The notes: generated by a model not told the origin, from the sequence alone. DNA of 60,980 nucleotides, filler included, from Asterionella formosa (GCA_002256025.1; 9 parts of 9 records of this genome joined end to end with filler, not necessarily neighbours in it); one strand, 5' to 3'; shown: positions 37,604-50,598, numbered from the whole stretch's first letter. Numbers and translations: made by a program.

Positions 37604-37924
37604 TCCTTACCATATCTGCATATAGATCATACCCCTAAGTCGAGGAATGACTGTATCTAAGCATATGCAAAGTGGTCGTATTGGTGAAAGCTAATTTTAC
37701 CTTTACTATTTTATTTCGTTCCACGTACCGTGTGGATTGAAGTACTAATAAAATTATTATGGAAAAAAACAGACCTCGTGATGTGTAACTGAGGGGACAC
37801 AGGTCTCATATGCCGGTATACTACATACACAGGTACCAGGTACCAGGTAGACTTCCAGTTAGCTATCTGGGATCTGGGACGGAGTAGGTACCTGGTGAAG
37901 TATCCAACTAGAAGTAGTATTATT

Positions 37925-39611
37925 TGTTGAATATATGAGCTTATTAATTAATCCTTATGTGCAACTCGTTTCCTAAGTTGACATCAAAGTATATGTACAA
38001 TAGGTGTTAGTCGAGTTCTCTCATTATTGAATTCCGATATATTTGATATAACCCTAACTCTATATACATCTGCATCGATGTGCAGGATTGCTCACTCTCC
38101 CACACTTGAGGGAAAACCTTTTACCTATGAAAAGGTTTGATACGACGAATATTAATTCGTTCTGTAATGTGCATAGTGCGTTGAAAAGTAACTGTACCAT
38201 TGGCATGTACTTGAATAATAGTATAAGGACCTCGTCCACGATCATCCAAAGTAGTAGGATTATCCAATAATATTAAAATCTCGTCACCCACTTTGTAATC
38301 ATAAGATCGACGAGGGAAATTAGCACGACGGAAACGTTCGTCAATTATCACTTGTCGACGTTGATATATTAATTGTAAATCTATAATCAAAGGAATATTT
38401 AATATCATATCACGTTGAAAAACCCATGCTCCTGGTGAAATACGTAATATACTATGAATAGTAGCTCGAGCTGCATATGATGCAGCTGCAAAACATGTAT
38501 CCACAATATTTTGGGCTTGAAATTCATTGATTGGAGGATGAGCCTTTAACATAACTCGTAGACTATTGCTGATAGATTGATGTAACCTTTCACAGATAGC
38601 ATTTGCTTGTGGATTCTTTACTGTAGTAGTCACATCATCAAAGAATGTGAGAGGACGCATAGGAACAATCATATCCATACAGGACATGGTGTTATTTACG
38701 AAATCAATGGTTAAACCAACTTGACAGAGGAAATCACGTCCTAAAATAACATCAAATGTGCATAGACCATTAACAAAGACTTGACACTTTTGTTGTAAAA
38801 TATGAGCGGATCGATTAAATTCTGGTAAAATCAGGTCATATAGCATAACACTGGCATGAGATGAATAAGTACCAGCTATGGTATGTATTAATTGGGAAGT
38901 CTCGTCAGACAAAGAAATGCCTTGAGGCATAACCCGTTCATGCATTAAGGATAACGATCCTCCACTATCGAATAATACTCGTAGTATTTTATGTATCGGT
39001 ATATTATCCACCAATCTTGGCGCTAAAAGGGACATCGGAATCAAAACAATTGATGTTAATTTATCCTTAGAAATAAAACAGGAAACCGGAATTGGGCCCT
39101 GATATGTATGTGGAATATCATGTCCATCAATACAGTTATATATATCCCACGTTACAGTAACAGCGGTATCCATAGTATTCAACCTGTAAGTAAGAAATAT
39201 CATTCAGGTGATGACTAACGTGAGATATACTCAACAATTCATTATAAATAGCATCGCTATTATCGCACATACCTCTGTAATGGCGATCAGCAATCTGCTG
39301 TTGTGTAGTAGGGACAAAGTCACTACCGGTATCTGACCAGCAGGAGGGTTCGTGACCACTGAAATTTCCTGGGCAGATGTATTCTCGGTAGGATCGGCAC
39401 GTGGCACGGTACCCCAACCGGATGGATGAGTATTATGACCCCATGCATTTAACATACGAGCATGTGGAACAGGCACAGGGTTAGCAGTGTCAGTATGATA
39501 GCTTTCCGTAGGATTGCTGAAGGCAATACACGCCCGAGGTGGTCTCTTGCCTGCGAGTACACATGTATACGAGAAGGCAAGTAGCCGCCGAGAAGGGTAT
39601 TGTTGAGGCAA
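37925..39611 (-). mobile_element. Internally deleted Ty3/Gypsy element with putative 3' LTR (~37925-38094)
   Basis: PPT GTGGGAGAG then TGAGCAAT (38094) to TCAACA (37925). Pol-derived ORF 38121-39203. Upstream Pro-rich, possibly gag-derived ORF at 39231-39611. Confidence 0.75.
38121..39203 (-). CDS. Gypsy aspartic protease fused in frame to integrase C-terminal half
   Basis: LRVLFDSGGS and FDVILGRDFL (protease), joined at ~38630 to TTVKNPQANAICERLHQ..YKVGD..GPY..ANGTV..RINIRRIKPF (integrase). No RT or RNase H; no stops. Confidence 0.85.
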   Translation of the reverse strand: MIFLTYRLNTMDTAVTVTWDIYNCIDGHDIPHTYQGPIPVSCFISKDKLTSIVLIPMSLLAPRLVDNIPIHKILRVLFDSGGSLSLMHERVMPQGISLSDETSQLIHTIAGTYSSHASVMLYDLILPEFNRSAHILQQKCQVFVNGLCTFDVILGRDFLCQVGLTIDFVNNTMSCMDMIVPMRPLTFFDDVTTTVKNPQANAICERLHQSISNSLRVMLKAHPPINEFQAQNIVDTCFAAASYAARATIHSILRISPGAWVFQRDMILNIPLIIDLQLIYQRRQVIIDERFRRANFPRRSYDYKVGDEILILLDNPTTLDDRGRGPYTIIQVHANGTVTFQRTMHITERINIRRIKPFHR

Positions 39612-40655
39612 TTCCCGCTCTAGCTATCGTCGCCTCATTCGCTTATCTCCTGCCCACAAATTTAGCATAAATGTCAATTTTTGCCTACTATTGCCCATCA
39701 TATAAAATCTATTTTTTATATTTCCTATCTTCACCTCGAAAATTGCCAAAGGTCCGATATTGCCCATCATTAAAATATATTTTGTATATTTCATATGTTC
39801 GCAGTTTGGCAAGACAACAGACGCCAATTGCCCCTCGGTTTTCCAGCCCTGGGATTGCCGAAATCGGCAAGGGGTCTACTTAAGGAAACCATTTCATATA
39901 CTATACAGTTTTTACTAATTTATATCTAGAATTCACCTCGTTTTTGTTCGTCTCCTGAAAAGTGGACTCCGGCAATTCACCTTTCACCATGCCAATCGTC
40001 GTCCATCATGACCGGTTTGGAGCGAAATCAGTTCCGCGATGACGCCAGTAGCGATTCTTTGCCTAAAGGATGCGGTTGATTGTTGGATTGCTTGTCTTCT
40101 CGAGGCATTCATGTAGTCGCATCGTCCATTTTTCGTCGAACGAACGATGATATCGATTCATCTGATGTTGGTGGCAAGTTTTTGCTCCGGTCATGTATGT
40201 AATGATGCTTAACGGATATTCTACCGGTTACCGGCAGTCATTTAGTCTTCATACGTACGTGGTACTAAAAACAACCATGCATGGTTTAAGCTATGCTTTA
40301 ACGCTTACTTTGAACACGTAATAATATTCTCTCTGTAGACTCGGTATTATTTTTACGAGACCTGAAATGTTGAATTATATCGTTCACATATTCATTGATT
40401 TTACGTACCGTATGCCCGATTTCGTCCTCACAAATATAGTTCTCACTCTATCTTGCCTGCCTTTGCTCTATTCGGGCTTGCAATAGGCAACGTTCGTCTT
40501 TCTTTGATCCCATCGTCTGCTGCTTGTTATGCTAGTTGAAGCGGATCGGTGAGTACAACAGTGAAATACTGAATGTGGATTGTAGATTGTATTTATCGAC
40601 TTTCCGATTTGATTGCTTCCGTGGTTTGTTTTGATCGCTTCCATCGTTGTTTGTC

Positions 40656-40755
40656 NNNNNNNNNNNNNNNNNNNNNNNNNNNNNNNNNNNNNNNNNNNNT
40701 TAATTAATTAANNNNNNNNNNNNNNNNNNNNNNNNNNNNNNNNNNNNNNNNNNNN
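40656..40755. other. Artificial contig linker
   Basis: Same 100-nt linker. Confidence 0.99.
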
Positions 40756-43700
40756 AGGTGGCAGCTGTAGTATCATTGGAGCAGAGAAGCTTGCACTTGT
40801 GCCTCATATAACTCCACTGATTCATGCAGTCATACATAATGAGGATATGATTGTTATTTGGACAAACAAGCAGCTCCAGAACAGGTTGAGGTATTTCACT
40901 GACCCTTGACCAGTGAATGTCATAAAATTGGACAAAGAGAGGGATTTATAAATGCTGTTAAAGCATATGCTGGTGTCTGTAGAGAGGCAAGGGGGGCTAC
41001 TTTATCCCCTATAGTATCAGTTTGAACTACTAAACTAGAGTCCTCGCTCGAGAGGAGTTCAAGCACACTTGACTACATATTTGCACTTGATTCTACCGTG
41101 TTGAATATTTCGCTAGTACATCTACCATGCTTTTATTTGTTTCTATTTCTCCCGTAGCCCGCCCGTAGTGCGTGATACTTGGCGAATTGGTAAGGATTTT
41201 GGGATTCCCGAAAATGGACGCACGTTTTTGCGGAAACGAGCATAACTTCATAAATATGCAATTTTTTAAAAATGGAAGAAAGTATTAGATAGTACGAAGG
41301 GTCAGCTATCGATTCCGAACTTACAACCCCTTTTCGAAGAAAATGGAGGACACACGATTTTTTGCCCCAAGAGTGTGTCGAACCTTATGTGATCAATGAG
41401 ACGAAGAAAATTGTCAATGATATTTTGGATACTGCAGAAATGAGCGACAACAAAAAGTATAATCAATTAATTGCCAAGATAATCCCAGTCACTTCATCAC
41501 CACTGCTTTGTTGGGGCTATTCACCTAGTACTGTTTTGAGCCATTCACAATAATGCCCAAAAGCTCTGTTCTGCAAGATGTTATTTTTACTAGAACATGA
41601 AATCTGGGTTTGCAACAACCACCTGTTATCGTTGGAGGAGTGGACAAGAAATGAAATCAATTTAATATGGACTAATTTATTTAACTACTGGTTTTATTCC
41701 GATGTTAACCTTTGTACAAGTAATGAAATAATTGATATCGCTTTCTCCAGCATATTTTATCAGAATTTGAGGAGTCATAGCCACAGTCTTCCAACTCCTT
41801 GAGCTTCATTGGTCTGGAGGGCTTTGTAATGTCCTGTATTTGTGGGAATTGCATGGGAGCAAAACCATTCTTGGCCTATCTGTTTCCTCATGTTTTGGCA
41901 ATGTTGGTTGTGTACCCTTCAAGTTAGTTTTCTTATATGCATGACTCATTTTTCTGATGTCAATGCCTGATAGTAACTGCAAAGATTTACTTCCTTTTGT
42001 CCATCATTCTTGGGTTCCTTAGTATACAAAATCTGATGCACTGGTGTTAAAAGAACCTGACCTTGAAAGTTCTAGTTGGAGTTGAATGCGTCAATGATGA
42101 ATATTCCAAGTTACCAGTAGCCACAGCACAAGCGATGAGCTGGGTGACAAATTGTAGTCAGACGACCAGTGTCACCTTAATCAGACTACAAGTGATTCAC
42201 CTAGAGTTAAAGCAAGTGCCATTAGGTATGTGTTGAGTATCCCAAACATCATTTGGAGACAAGCACAGTTGATTGAATGTAGATCAGTCAATGGAGAAGT
42301 AAAGTAAAGCTAGATATCCCACAGTATGAATATAGCAATAACAGAGAAATAAATTACACTTATAATCACCTTAGTGAGTGTCAATTGGATCTTACAAAGG
42401 AAACACTTTAACAGTTTCCATAATCAATTTGAATTATAGCGACTTTGGTGAGTCAGTAGTCTCACTGTTCAGCAAACTGGCAGGGGATTTCTTCCCAACA
42501 GGACCCTAGTCCTGATGGTGGTAGTAAACAAAAGTGCTAACCTGTAATGTTGCAAGTTTCGCAATTCCCTGTCAGCTCTCACATGGAATAATACATTTGT
42601 TCATCACCCAGTTAACCCATGCTTCCAACTGGCCCAAGAAAATCCAAAGTATTTCATGGTGGGTTGGCGTTTTTATAATGTACACACCTCAAATACAAAT
42701 GTCACATTGTATCAGAAAGCACAAGACTACTTTGCTCGTCTCGAATGCTAATCATCTCAAGATCCAGTAAATTTTGGTTCCAAAATCTTTGAAATAATAA
42801 TGAAACGAATGTGGGTTAGAGGACTGACGTGAAATCTTAGGGGAATCGATGAAAGTTAAACCTTCATCACGCACAAAAACTGTGCAAAGTGTGATGAGAT
42901 GTCACGTTCCAACGACACGCATATTTTCACCAAGGTAAAAATCGGAAATCACGCTATTAAAACTCAATTCCAAAATATCAATATCGCATCCGCATGAAGG
43001 TTTGAGTACGTTGCTTTGAACCGCAAGGTCCAGGTACTGAACCGAAAAAGGATGCATCGGGAGTTATGACGCGCACGCAAGTCGACCTATGTACGTACCA
43101 TACTGTAGTTGATCATTCTAATGAAAAATACAATGTGCAGTTTGGATATCCATGAAATCGTGAAAAGTATGCAACTGTGTTGTTGCGTCCAATGAAGAGG
43201 TGTGAGTGGCATGATATCATGGGAAATGGTTCTCAAACAATGTAGAGGAGCTACTAGCAGTGAACTGGTAAATATCTACAGCGCTGCTAACGTCTCCCCG
43301 TTCCTCTGGCATTCTGAAATAGTTTGGAAAGCTCCAGAGTATGGTGGAACTCTGTTGCTGCAAGAGAATGCAGTTTGTACGTGCTTGCACACATAAGTCT
43401 CCCATGCATGTCATAGTATTTTCAACGTTTGACATGTATTTTGGATCATGGATTGAACCATGATAAGTTCCTGGTAGAAACTCACATGATGACAGAGCGT
43501 TATGACAGTCCGATTTTTTATTTAACTTTGTAATCAAGAAGAAGAAGAAGAGACAGTTGTCAACCAAATCCGATCCTCGTTGTCTATTTAAGCATCTAAC
43601 TGGTTGTTTCCATGTTCTACGGTGAGCATTCCTCGTTGGCTGTTGGCTCGATCGAAGTCGTTCAGATCGACCTGAGCTGAGTTGCTGTGTTTCCAAAATT

Positions 43701-44321
43701 ATGTCGAAACAAATAATGAACACTTTTTGTGTTTATCGGAAAGTATGTACCTGTACGATGCTACCTGGGACTGGTACCGTGCTCGTCATGCCGGCCGTTA
43801 CTGTAGCTAAAACTTTCGTGTGGACGCCGAAGGAGGAGGAAATGAGGAGTGGCTACATACCGTTTGTACCAGTACATACTGTGCAGGTGGATTACATACG
43901 GTGATGAAATGATGCATACGTAGTATACCCGGTATTCTTATCGATGCATAATTCATAGAGTATTACCGGTATACCGGTGCGTTCGGTAGTCTACCAGGTT
44001 ACTACCGGTATATTTGGGAATAGTCTACGATACCTGTACGCACATTCACGATGAGATCGAGGAGTACATCTACCGGTACCAGGTACCAGGTACCTGTGCT
44101 AGTCTACCGGTAGTGTCTACCGAGTTTATAATTTATGTTTCATTTTATACAAACTTATTAATACCGGAAGTCTATTTATCGTAGTCTACATACAAATTAC
44201 CAAAGTTTTCCGCTACTGGTATATATAGTACATAAAACGAAACGATATTCATATAAACAACAATCTACACATTGGTCCGCACTTGTTGCTGCTGTTGTCG
44301 TGACCAGATCTATCTGCCATC

Positions 44322-44771
44322 ATGCCAAGAGTACCAATCAAAATCTCGCTGGATCAGATGAAAATGGCCTCAAGAGTGAGTCAAGCAAATTCGTACCAGC
44401 ATGCTTGATGTGTGTGTATCAAAATGATCCGTTTGTTGTCGATTTGATCCTTACACGCTTTCTTCGCAGCTAGGGAAACGCTACGCAACCCCATGTCAAA
44501 ATGAGACTATGGCTGTTATGGATGCTGTTGAAGCTGTTTATGCTAAGGGAGATGCCCACTGCCATGTATCACAAGTCAATAAATACCTTTTAGCCTGTGA
44601 TAAATGCCTCGCGGATGCTAAACTAGCAAGGAAGGCACGCAACCCAAGTACTCTCTTTTATTTGACCCAATATCTGGATCGTAACAAGAACAAGGTTAAA
44701 TGAATTCAGTTCTTCTTTTTACTTTTATTACTATTATTATTTTCCAACAGGTACCGCTGTTGGCGAATTGA
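44322..44771 (+). CDS. Small spliced protein (~99 aa), CHCH-like; possible mitochondrial ribosomal protein mS37
   Basis: Exons 44322-44375, 44470-44694 and probably 44751-44771 (otherwise stop at 44703); phase-0 GT-AG introns. MPRVPIKISLDQMKMASR|LGKRYATPCQNETMAVM..DAHC..LLACDKC..K..STLFYL. Gene model is good; identity is tentative. Confidence 0.6.
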
Positions 44772-45056
44772 CTAAATTCAGCTGCTAGGTAATACTGGTC
44801 GCAGCATTCCATTTACTAGTACGATTGATTGCTTCTCTTAATGTTGCCTCCACTGCACTCATAAAGTGCTGACATGACGGAATTGATGCTACCACAACAT
44901 CTATCAGTGGGTGCAGGCAGGAAGAGTTCGAAGCTACAAGTTATGTTATTGCAAAAGTGGTAGTAGTACCTTGGATAGTCCAAGGAGCCCACCTCGATGG
45001 TAATAAAACGATCACGCGCAGGAATACATTATCCATTGAAGTCACTTTTGAAGATT

Positions 45057-46212
45057 TCACTACCATGAAGGTAGTTAAAAACAAATGGGTGAGTAGGTAA
45101 TACTTCTTGACATGTTCGGTTTGGTTGACATTGCGACAAGCGACAACATCGTTCTCGCTTACCTCATATTCACTGGGAGCAAATTTAGAGTGGATGAGCA
45201 ACTTGGGCAGAAGGATTGGATTGTTCCCCCGCAAGAATTCACACCACTTTTCAAAATGTGTGTTGCGCACATACTGCAAGGGGGTAAATCCTCGTTTGTC
45301 TTTGATTAACAATAGGTCGGGCCACTCAGTTACAAGGAGTATGACTAGCTCCATGTTGGGCTCGGATGTCCAGCATGCATCGTGCATCGGCGTTCGGCCG
45401 TAGTCGTCAACGACACGAGGATCGACCTTTGCTTCCTTGATCAAGAAACTAACAACATCTGGAAGACCACGTCTGCAGGCAGTGTGTAGAATGGACTCGC
45501 CGAACTTATTGCAGCAGTTTAAGTTTCGCTTCTCTTCGAAGTGCATCATTCTCAGAGTCGCAATGTCCGAGGAGCGGACCGCCTCAATTATAACAGTGCA
45601 ATATCCCTTCACGCGGTCTGGAGTGACAGGCACAAAGTAGTCATCGAGCTCAGAACTTTCAAAGTCCCTATATGTGTATCCATTTTCTTCCAGGATGTCT
45701 ACAAAAAGCTCGATTGGCGGCGGATCGCTAGAACCATCTTCAGAAGCCATGTCCTTGCCAACGATCGGTCCCATTGGGGAGATTCCAGTGACAGATGCTC
45801 TGTACATGCGCCTTCTCCTCGGGATGGCTGCCTTTGTCGATGGCAACGTCTTGGGAAGAGAATGAGAGGTCCGAACGGAGGCTGAATCAGGTACATGCTT
45901 CTCATGGGTTAACCTCATTTGAGCGAGCATAACAGACACTTGCGTGTCGTTCATTTCAACTTGTATATTGTTGGCAGACTTATTTTGGAAGACGGACGAA
46001 AGATTAGTCAAAGTAAGATTTTCAATGGTGAGGAATTCCTCGTCGTCAGAGTTGAGGGAGGAGGACGATAAACTACCATCATCAGAGTCGGAATCGGAAT
46101 CAGAATCAGAATCGGAAGGAGAGTCAGTTGAGTCTGAGTCTTCGTTTAATGATGCTTCGGAGGCGGTGCATTTGGAATCAACAGTGTTCATTTCTTCAGC
46201 GTTGAAAGACAT
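45057..46212 (-). CDS. Ankyrin-repeat protein of a diatom-expanded type, with acidic Ser/Asp-rich N-terminus
   Basis: CCNKFGESILHTACRRG, DDYGRTPMHDACW..PN, DKRGFTPLQY. ATG at 46212. Likely intron 45060-45162 (GTAAGC..TAG) followed by TGA; unspliced ORF ends at 44941. Confidence 0.88.
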
Positions 46213-47435
46213 GGCAACGGTCAAAGAAATATTTGGCAATGGAGAACTTGTGAAATGTCAAATGTCGGTGGCAAATAAATCATTGCCTGTCAAAAATGTG
46301 GACGTGGTGGCGAAACCCAGGTCGACATTACATATTGCTGAACTGCCACGGTGTTCGATGATGCGTGGCATCTGCAGTAGCAATGACCTCCCGAACAAGG
46401 AACAGACAAAAACCAGTATGTACTAACTACCTGTATGTTTCTAAGTCTACATAAAAAAAGAATAGTGACTACATACGGTATGAAGCTATGTACCGGTAAG
46501 ATAGTGGTCAATTCAAATACTGTAAGATACGTCCGGCGACAATAAAATTCATATATATGGCATTTGTACACATGTCCTCTGGTATTGGTTGTATTGAGGA
46601 ATATACCGGTACACCATTATAAATTCTAAAAGTTAAGTGAAGCCATGATCAAATGACCGCGCAACAATTTTTTATCAAGTGCTACTTTCCTAGTAATTGC
46701 TGCATGTGATACTTTCTCTCTGATTGTATTTAGTCGTCATTTGGGATTGGGTTGCTATATATTGTTTCTTAAAGTTGGATCGAGCTTTTTGGGTCCTATA
46801 TCCCACCATCGTCCAAGGCCTTTGATGACAATCAGCCAGCCTTCCTTAGCTTCTTCTTGTATGTCTAGGCTAGCTACGTGATACTAGTTGTCCATTCCGA
46901 TGCCATAAAAGATACTGTTCAAAAACAAAGTAAGCTTTTAATATGCCTCCCCCTCCTCAGATGTGTTGTGAGTTATATGCTTGCTCTCGAATCTTCATTT
47001 TAGGGACATACTTGTCCTACTTGGTGGTATAGTCAATCAGCAATGACCTCATTGTGCAAATTACAAACGAGGAAGTCAAAACTTGTTAGTATTGCACTCA
47101 TCTTTATCATCGATGTCAAAATTACTCTCTTTTATGTGTTCCTAAAAATCAACAAAACGATCTAGTTCTTTGCTGGTAAACGGAGTGTGCGATTGTTTGT
47201 AGGCAGTTCAAATTGTTTAGCTGAAGGAGCAGTACTACAGTACTACAATCGTATTGACTTTGATTGAAGGTGAAATTTGATGTTTACTGAATCTCATTTG
47301 CAAGGTAGAGACCATCACCAAGATAATGAGCAATTTCAATACCAATGCCTTTGTTTACCTTTCGTCTGTAAATAGGAAATTGTTGAGTTGAAGGGTTAAG
47401 CAGAATAGTAAACAAGTCAGGAAAATATATTGAAA

Positions 47436-47535
47436 NNNNNNNNNNNNNNNNNNNNNNNNNNNNNNNNNNNNNNNNNNNNTTAATTAATTAANNNNNNNNN
47501 NNNNNNNNNNNNNNNNNNNNNNNNNNNNNNNNNNN
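47436..47535. other. Artificial contig linker
   Basis: Same 100-nt linker. Confidence 0.99.
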
Positions 47536-48662
47536 TATTGGATCCCACACGATCGCTGTTTTGTTGGAGCATAACTACAATGTCGTTGTCGTGGACAACT
47601 TTGTCAACTCGTCCCTGATCTCACTTGATCGAGTCGCGGAGATTTGCAATCTGTCGGAAGACGAGCGCAAGAAGCGTCTCGTTTTTCATGAAGTTGATCT
47701 ATGCGATGAAGCGGCGCTTCGCAAGGTTTTTGAGGAATCGCCCAAGTTTGCTAGTTGTATTCACTTTGCTGGCCTCAAGGTACGTGGAATCAAGATAGAC
47801 GAATGCAATCCCATTTAGCTGTCACTGGTAGTGAAGGATCTCAACGACGTCAACTCCTCAACCACTACAGGCTGTGGGGGAATCCACTCGTTTGCCGTTA
47901 CTGTATTACCATAATAACATTGCTAGCACGTTGTCGTTGCTGGGATTGATGGATGAGTTTGGTTGTCATTCCTTAGTTTTCTCCTCATCTGCAACTGTTT
48001 ATGGCGCTGCGGACAAGATGCCCATCACAGAGGAATCTCCCATTGGAGTAGGGATTACAAATGCATATGGCAGAACAAAGTACATGATTGAAGAAATACT
48101 AAAAGATTACTACCTCTCAAAGACACTCAACGGTGCAACCACTGACTGGGTTATTTGTCTACTGAGGTATTTCAACCCCGTTGGGTCGCATCCTTCCGGT
48201 TTGATTGGAGAAGACCCAAATGGTATTCCCAACAACCTCATGCCTTTTGTGTCCCAAGTTGCTATTGGGCGACGTGAATTTTTGACTATCTTTGGAGACG
48301 ATTACAATACCCATGATGGAACTGGTGTCCGAGATTACCTTCATGTCATGGATTTGGCGGAAGGACACTTGGCGGCTATCAAATATATGGACAACAAGGA
48401 AAGCGGGTGCTTTGTCTTTAATCTTGGAACTGGAATTGGATATTCTGTTTTGGACATGGTCAAAGCAATGGTCAAGGCATGTGGGCATGAAATCAAATAC
48501 AAGATTGGTGATCGCCGACCTGGTGATATTGCTACTTGCTATGCCGATGCTACTCGTGCCAGGGAAGAATTGAAATGGGTAGCTACGCGTGATTTGGATC
48601 AAATGTGCAAAGATTTGTGGTGTTGGCAACAAAAGAATCCAAATGGATTCAAGTCGAATTAA
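47536..48662 (+). CDS. galE: UDP-glucose 4-epimerase, 5' truncated
   Basis: IGSHT..VVVDN, IHFAGLK|AVGES across intron 47780-47870, FSSSATVYG, YGRTK, LRYFNPVG, PNNLMP, GVRDYLHVMDLAEGH, RRPGD. Confidence 0.97.
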
Positions 48663-48813
48663 GTTTGTTGCAGCTTGATGCCTTTTAGGAACTTATTCAC
48701 GAGATACGAATCCCTTTCATCTTACTTGGCGTTTGCGTAATAAGAAAGTATTATAAGCCAGAATTTTTGGGGAGCAGTTGGTGTGTATTAATAGACAGTG
48801 AACACAACTATAA

Positions 48814-50598
48814 CTAAGCGATTGGAACAACCTTCACATTACCATGCTCGTCCATATCAACCTTTAGACCCATCTTTTCTAGTTCGACATTCTGAAGTGG
48901 TTGCTGGGCTTGAAGTTTTTCGACAAGGGTTTGATTCTCTATATTGCCCTCAAGCACATTTCGTAGAGCCACGATTGCCCACTCCCGTAAAGTGAAACAA
49001 CCGTAGGAAAAGGAAGTACAAGACAGCAAGAAGTGAAGAGCCGTCCGTTCATCCTCCACGGGAGGAAGAAATTTTGCCAGAGGTACTGGTGTTAGACGAA
49101 TCAAGTCTTGATTTTGCCTACATCGAAAGCATAGATTTCCCAAGACCCGAATGATAGTTGTGATCCACCGTTGCTCTCCATCTGAAATTTTGAGCTCTCT
49201 GGCTTTTAAGCCTTGATTCTTTTCAGACAAGACGTCAACAATGACTCCTAGATCGTTGCAAGTATCTTGAATCAAAGTGGTTTCCTGGCCGACGCGGAGT
49301 CGAATTGATGCCAAGGCAGAGCTGCTGTCGTCGCCAAGTGAGCTTGCCAGCATCTCAAGAACAATTGTCAATGCAGCCTTAGTAAGTTCCTTTTCGTTCA
49401 TTTCCATAGTACTATCTGCCAGTACTAGAATTTTGTGCATAGAACATGCTTGTTGGGCCAGGAACATGTGCGTGGAAATAATTCCGTCCACCACATCGCC
49501 ACCTAATGGATGCCATGATCTTCTTATTGCCATAAATTCCTCCACAGCTCCATTGATGCATTGCAGCAATACAACTTGTTCCGGTAGTACTGCCTTGTGA
49601 GAGCACCCAGCTACCGCTTCATACATGGCTGGTAACCCACCACGTTGACTAAATTGTTCTAACAGCAACGAAATCCATTCCGTTGCTTCATCCGCATAAC
49701 TCTTTCGTACAGCCTCTTCCGGAGAGGTGTCAAACAAGTGACTCTCTATCGACTTGGCCGAGAGTATCTGTCGAAGCAAAGTGCATACTAGGACACGATC
49801 TGAAACCATGGAATTTGTGAAGCGAGTTCGGTCTGTTTCCGAGACAGCAACCAAGCTGTTGTGAAGGGTAGCAACGATGGCTCCAAGTGCATCTCGATTT
49901 CCATTCGAAGCTAACATAAGGTCTGTCCAATTACTCTCCATTTCTTTAGTGGCTGGTTTATTCGTTTGTAGCAAGGCATCTGCCATTCGGTGCGATATTG
50001 TTCGTGGCGATGGTGACGACTTGACGCTTGACAAAATTTCAAATGCCGTTTCTGAATTGCCAGTGACGAGATTACTACAAAGTCGAGCTGCCAATGTTTC
50101 AATCTTTTCATCACCTCCCCTTGAAAGTGAAACTATCTGCATCAACGCTTTATGCCAATGGTGCGTCATGACTGCCTCTTGTTGCCTGGATCGTCGAAGA
50201 TCAGTGTCGTCAGCTGCTGTTGCCAAGCAAGATAACGCAAAACGTAGGGCGTATCGTGTTTGAACGATGAGATCTTTCTTCAAACTTCTTGATAATTCTT
50301 TGAAATCATCTTCTTTGATCTGCATCGTACATTCCCTCTGTCGAGCACCAGCAACATACATTTCACATTGCACAGTAACGGCAGGAAACCACATGCAAAC
50401 TTGCTCGTCATTATTGTCAACTCTCGTGGACTTTTCACGGCAAGAAATGTACAAATCACTCCAAGAATCCGGAAGGATTGCGTGTTCCTTCACTTGATGA
50501 GTATTATCGTGTACTGGACGAGACAACGTGTTATGAACAATTTCCGTCATGGTGGAAGTAAGATTGGTTGAAAATGGGTTTTGTGATGGAAAAGACAT
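48814..50598 (-). CDS. Ataxin-10-domain (ARM-like) protein
   Basis: 594-codon helical ORF with C-terminal IRVLGNLCFRCRQNQDLIR..LREWAIVALRNVLEGNIENQ..KL signature. Start codon uncertain. Confidence 0.85.
   Translation of the reverse strand: MSFPSQNPFSTNLTSTMTEIVHNTLSRPVHDNTHQVKEHAILPDSWSDLYISCREKSTRVDNNDEQVCMWFPAVTVQCEMYVAGARQRECTMQIKEDDFKELSRSLKKDLIVQTRYALRFALSCLATAADDTDLRRSRQQEAVMTHHWHKALMQIVSLSRGGDEKIETLAARLCSNLVTGNSETAFEILSSVKSSPSPRTISHRMADALLQTNKPATKEMESNWTDLMLASNGNRDALGAIVATLHNSLVAVSETDRTRFTNSMVSDRVLVCTLLRQILSAKSIESHLFDTSPEEAVRKSYADEATEWISLLLEQFSQRGGLPAMYEAVAGCSHKAVLPEQVVLLQCINGAVEEFMAIRRSWHPLGGDVVDGIISTHMFLAQQACSMHKILVLADSTMEMNEKELTKAALTIVLEMLASSLGDDSSSALASIRLRVGQETTLIQDTCNDLGVIVDVLSEKNQGLKARELKISDGEQRWITTIIRVLGNLCFRCRQNQDLIRLTPVPLAKFLPPVEDERTALHFLLSCTSFSYGCFTLREWAIVALRNVLEGNIENQTLVEKLQAQQPLQNVELEKMGLKVDMDEHGNVKVVPIA

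Noticed and set aside
41150..43095. DNA transposon starting CCCGTAG with degenerate internal coding
   Set aside because: No matching opposite terminus and no identifiable transposase motif.
45107..50571. Antisense and nested short ORFs over the ankyrin, galE and ataxin-10 genes
   Set aside because: Shadow frames of genuine coding sequences.
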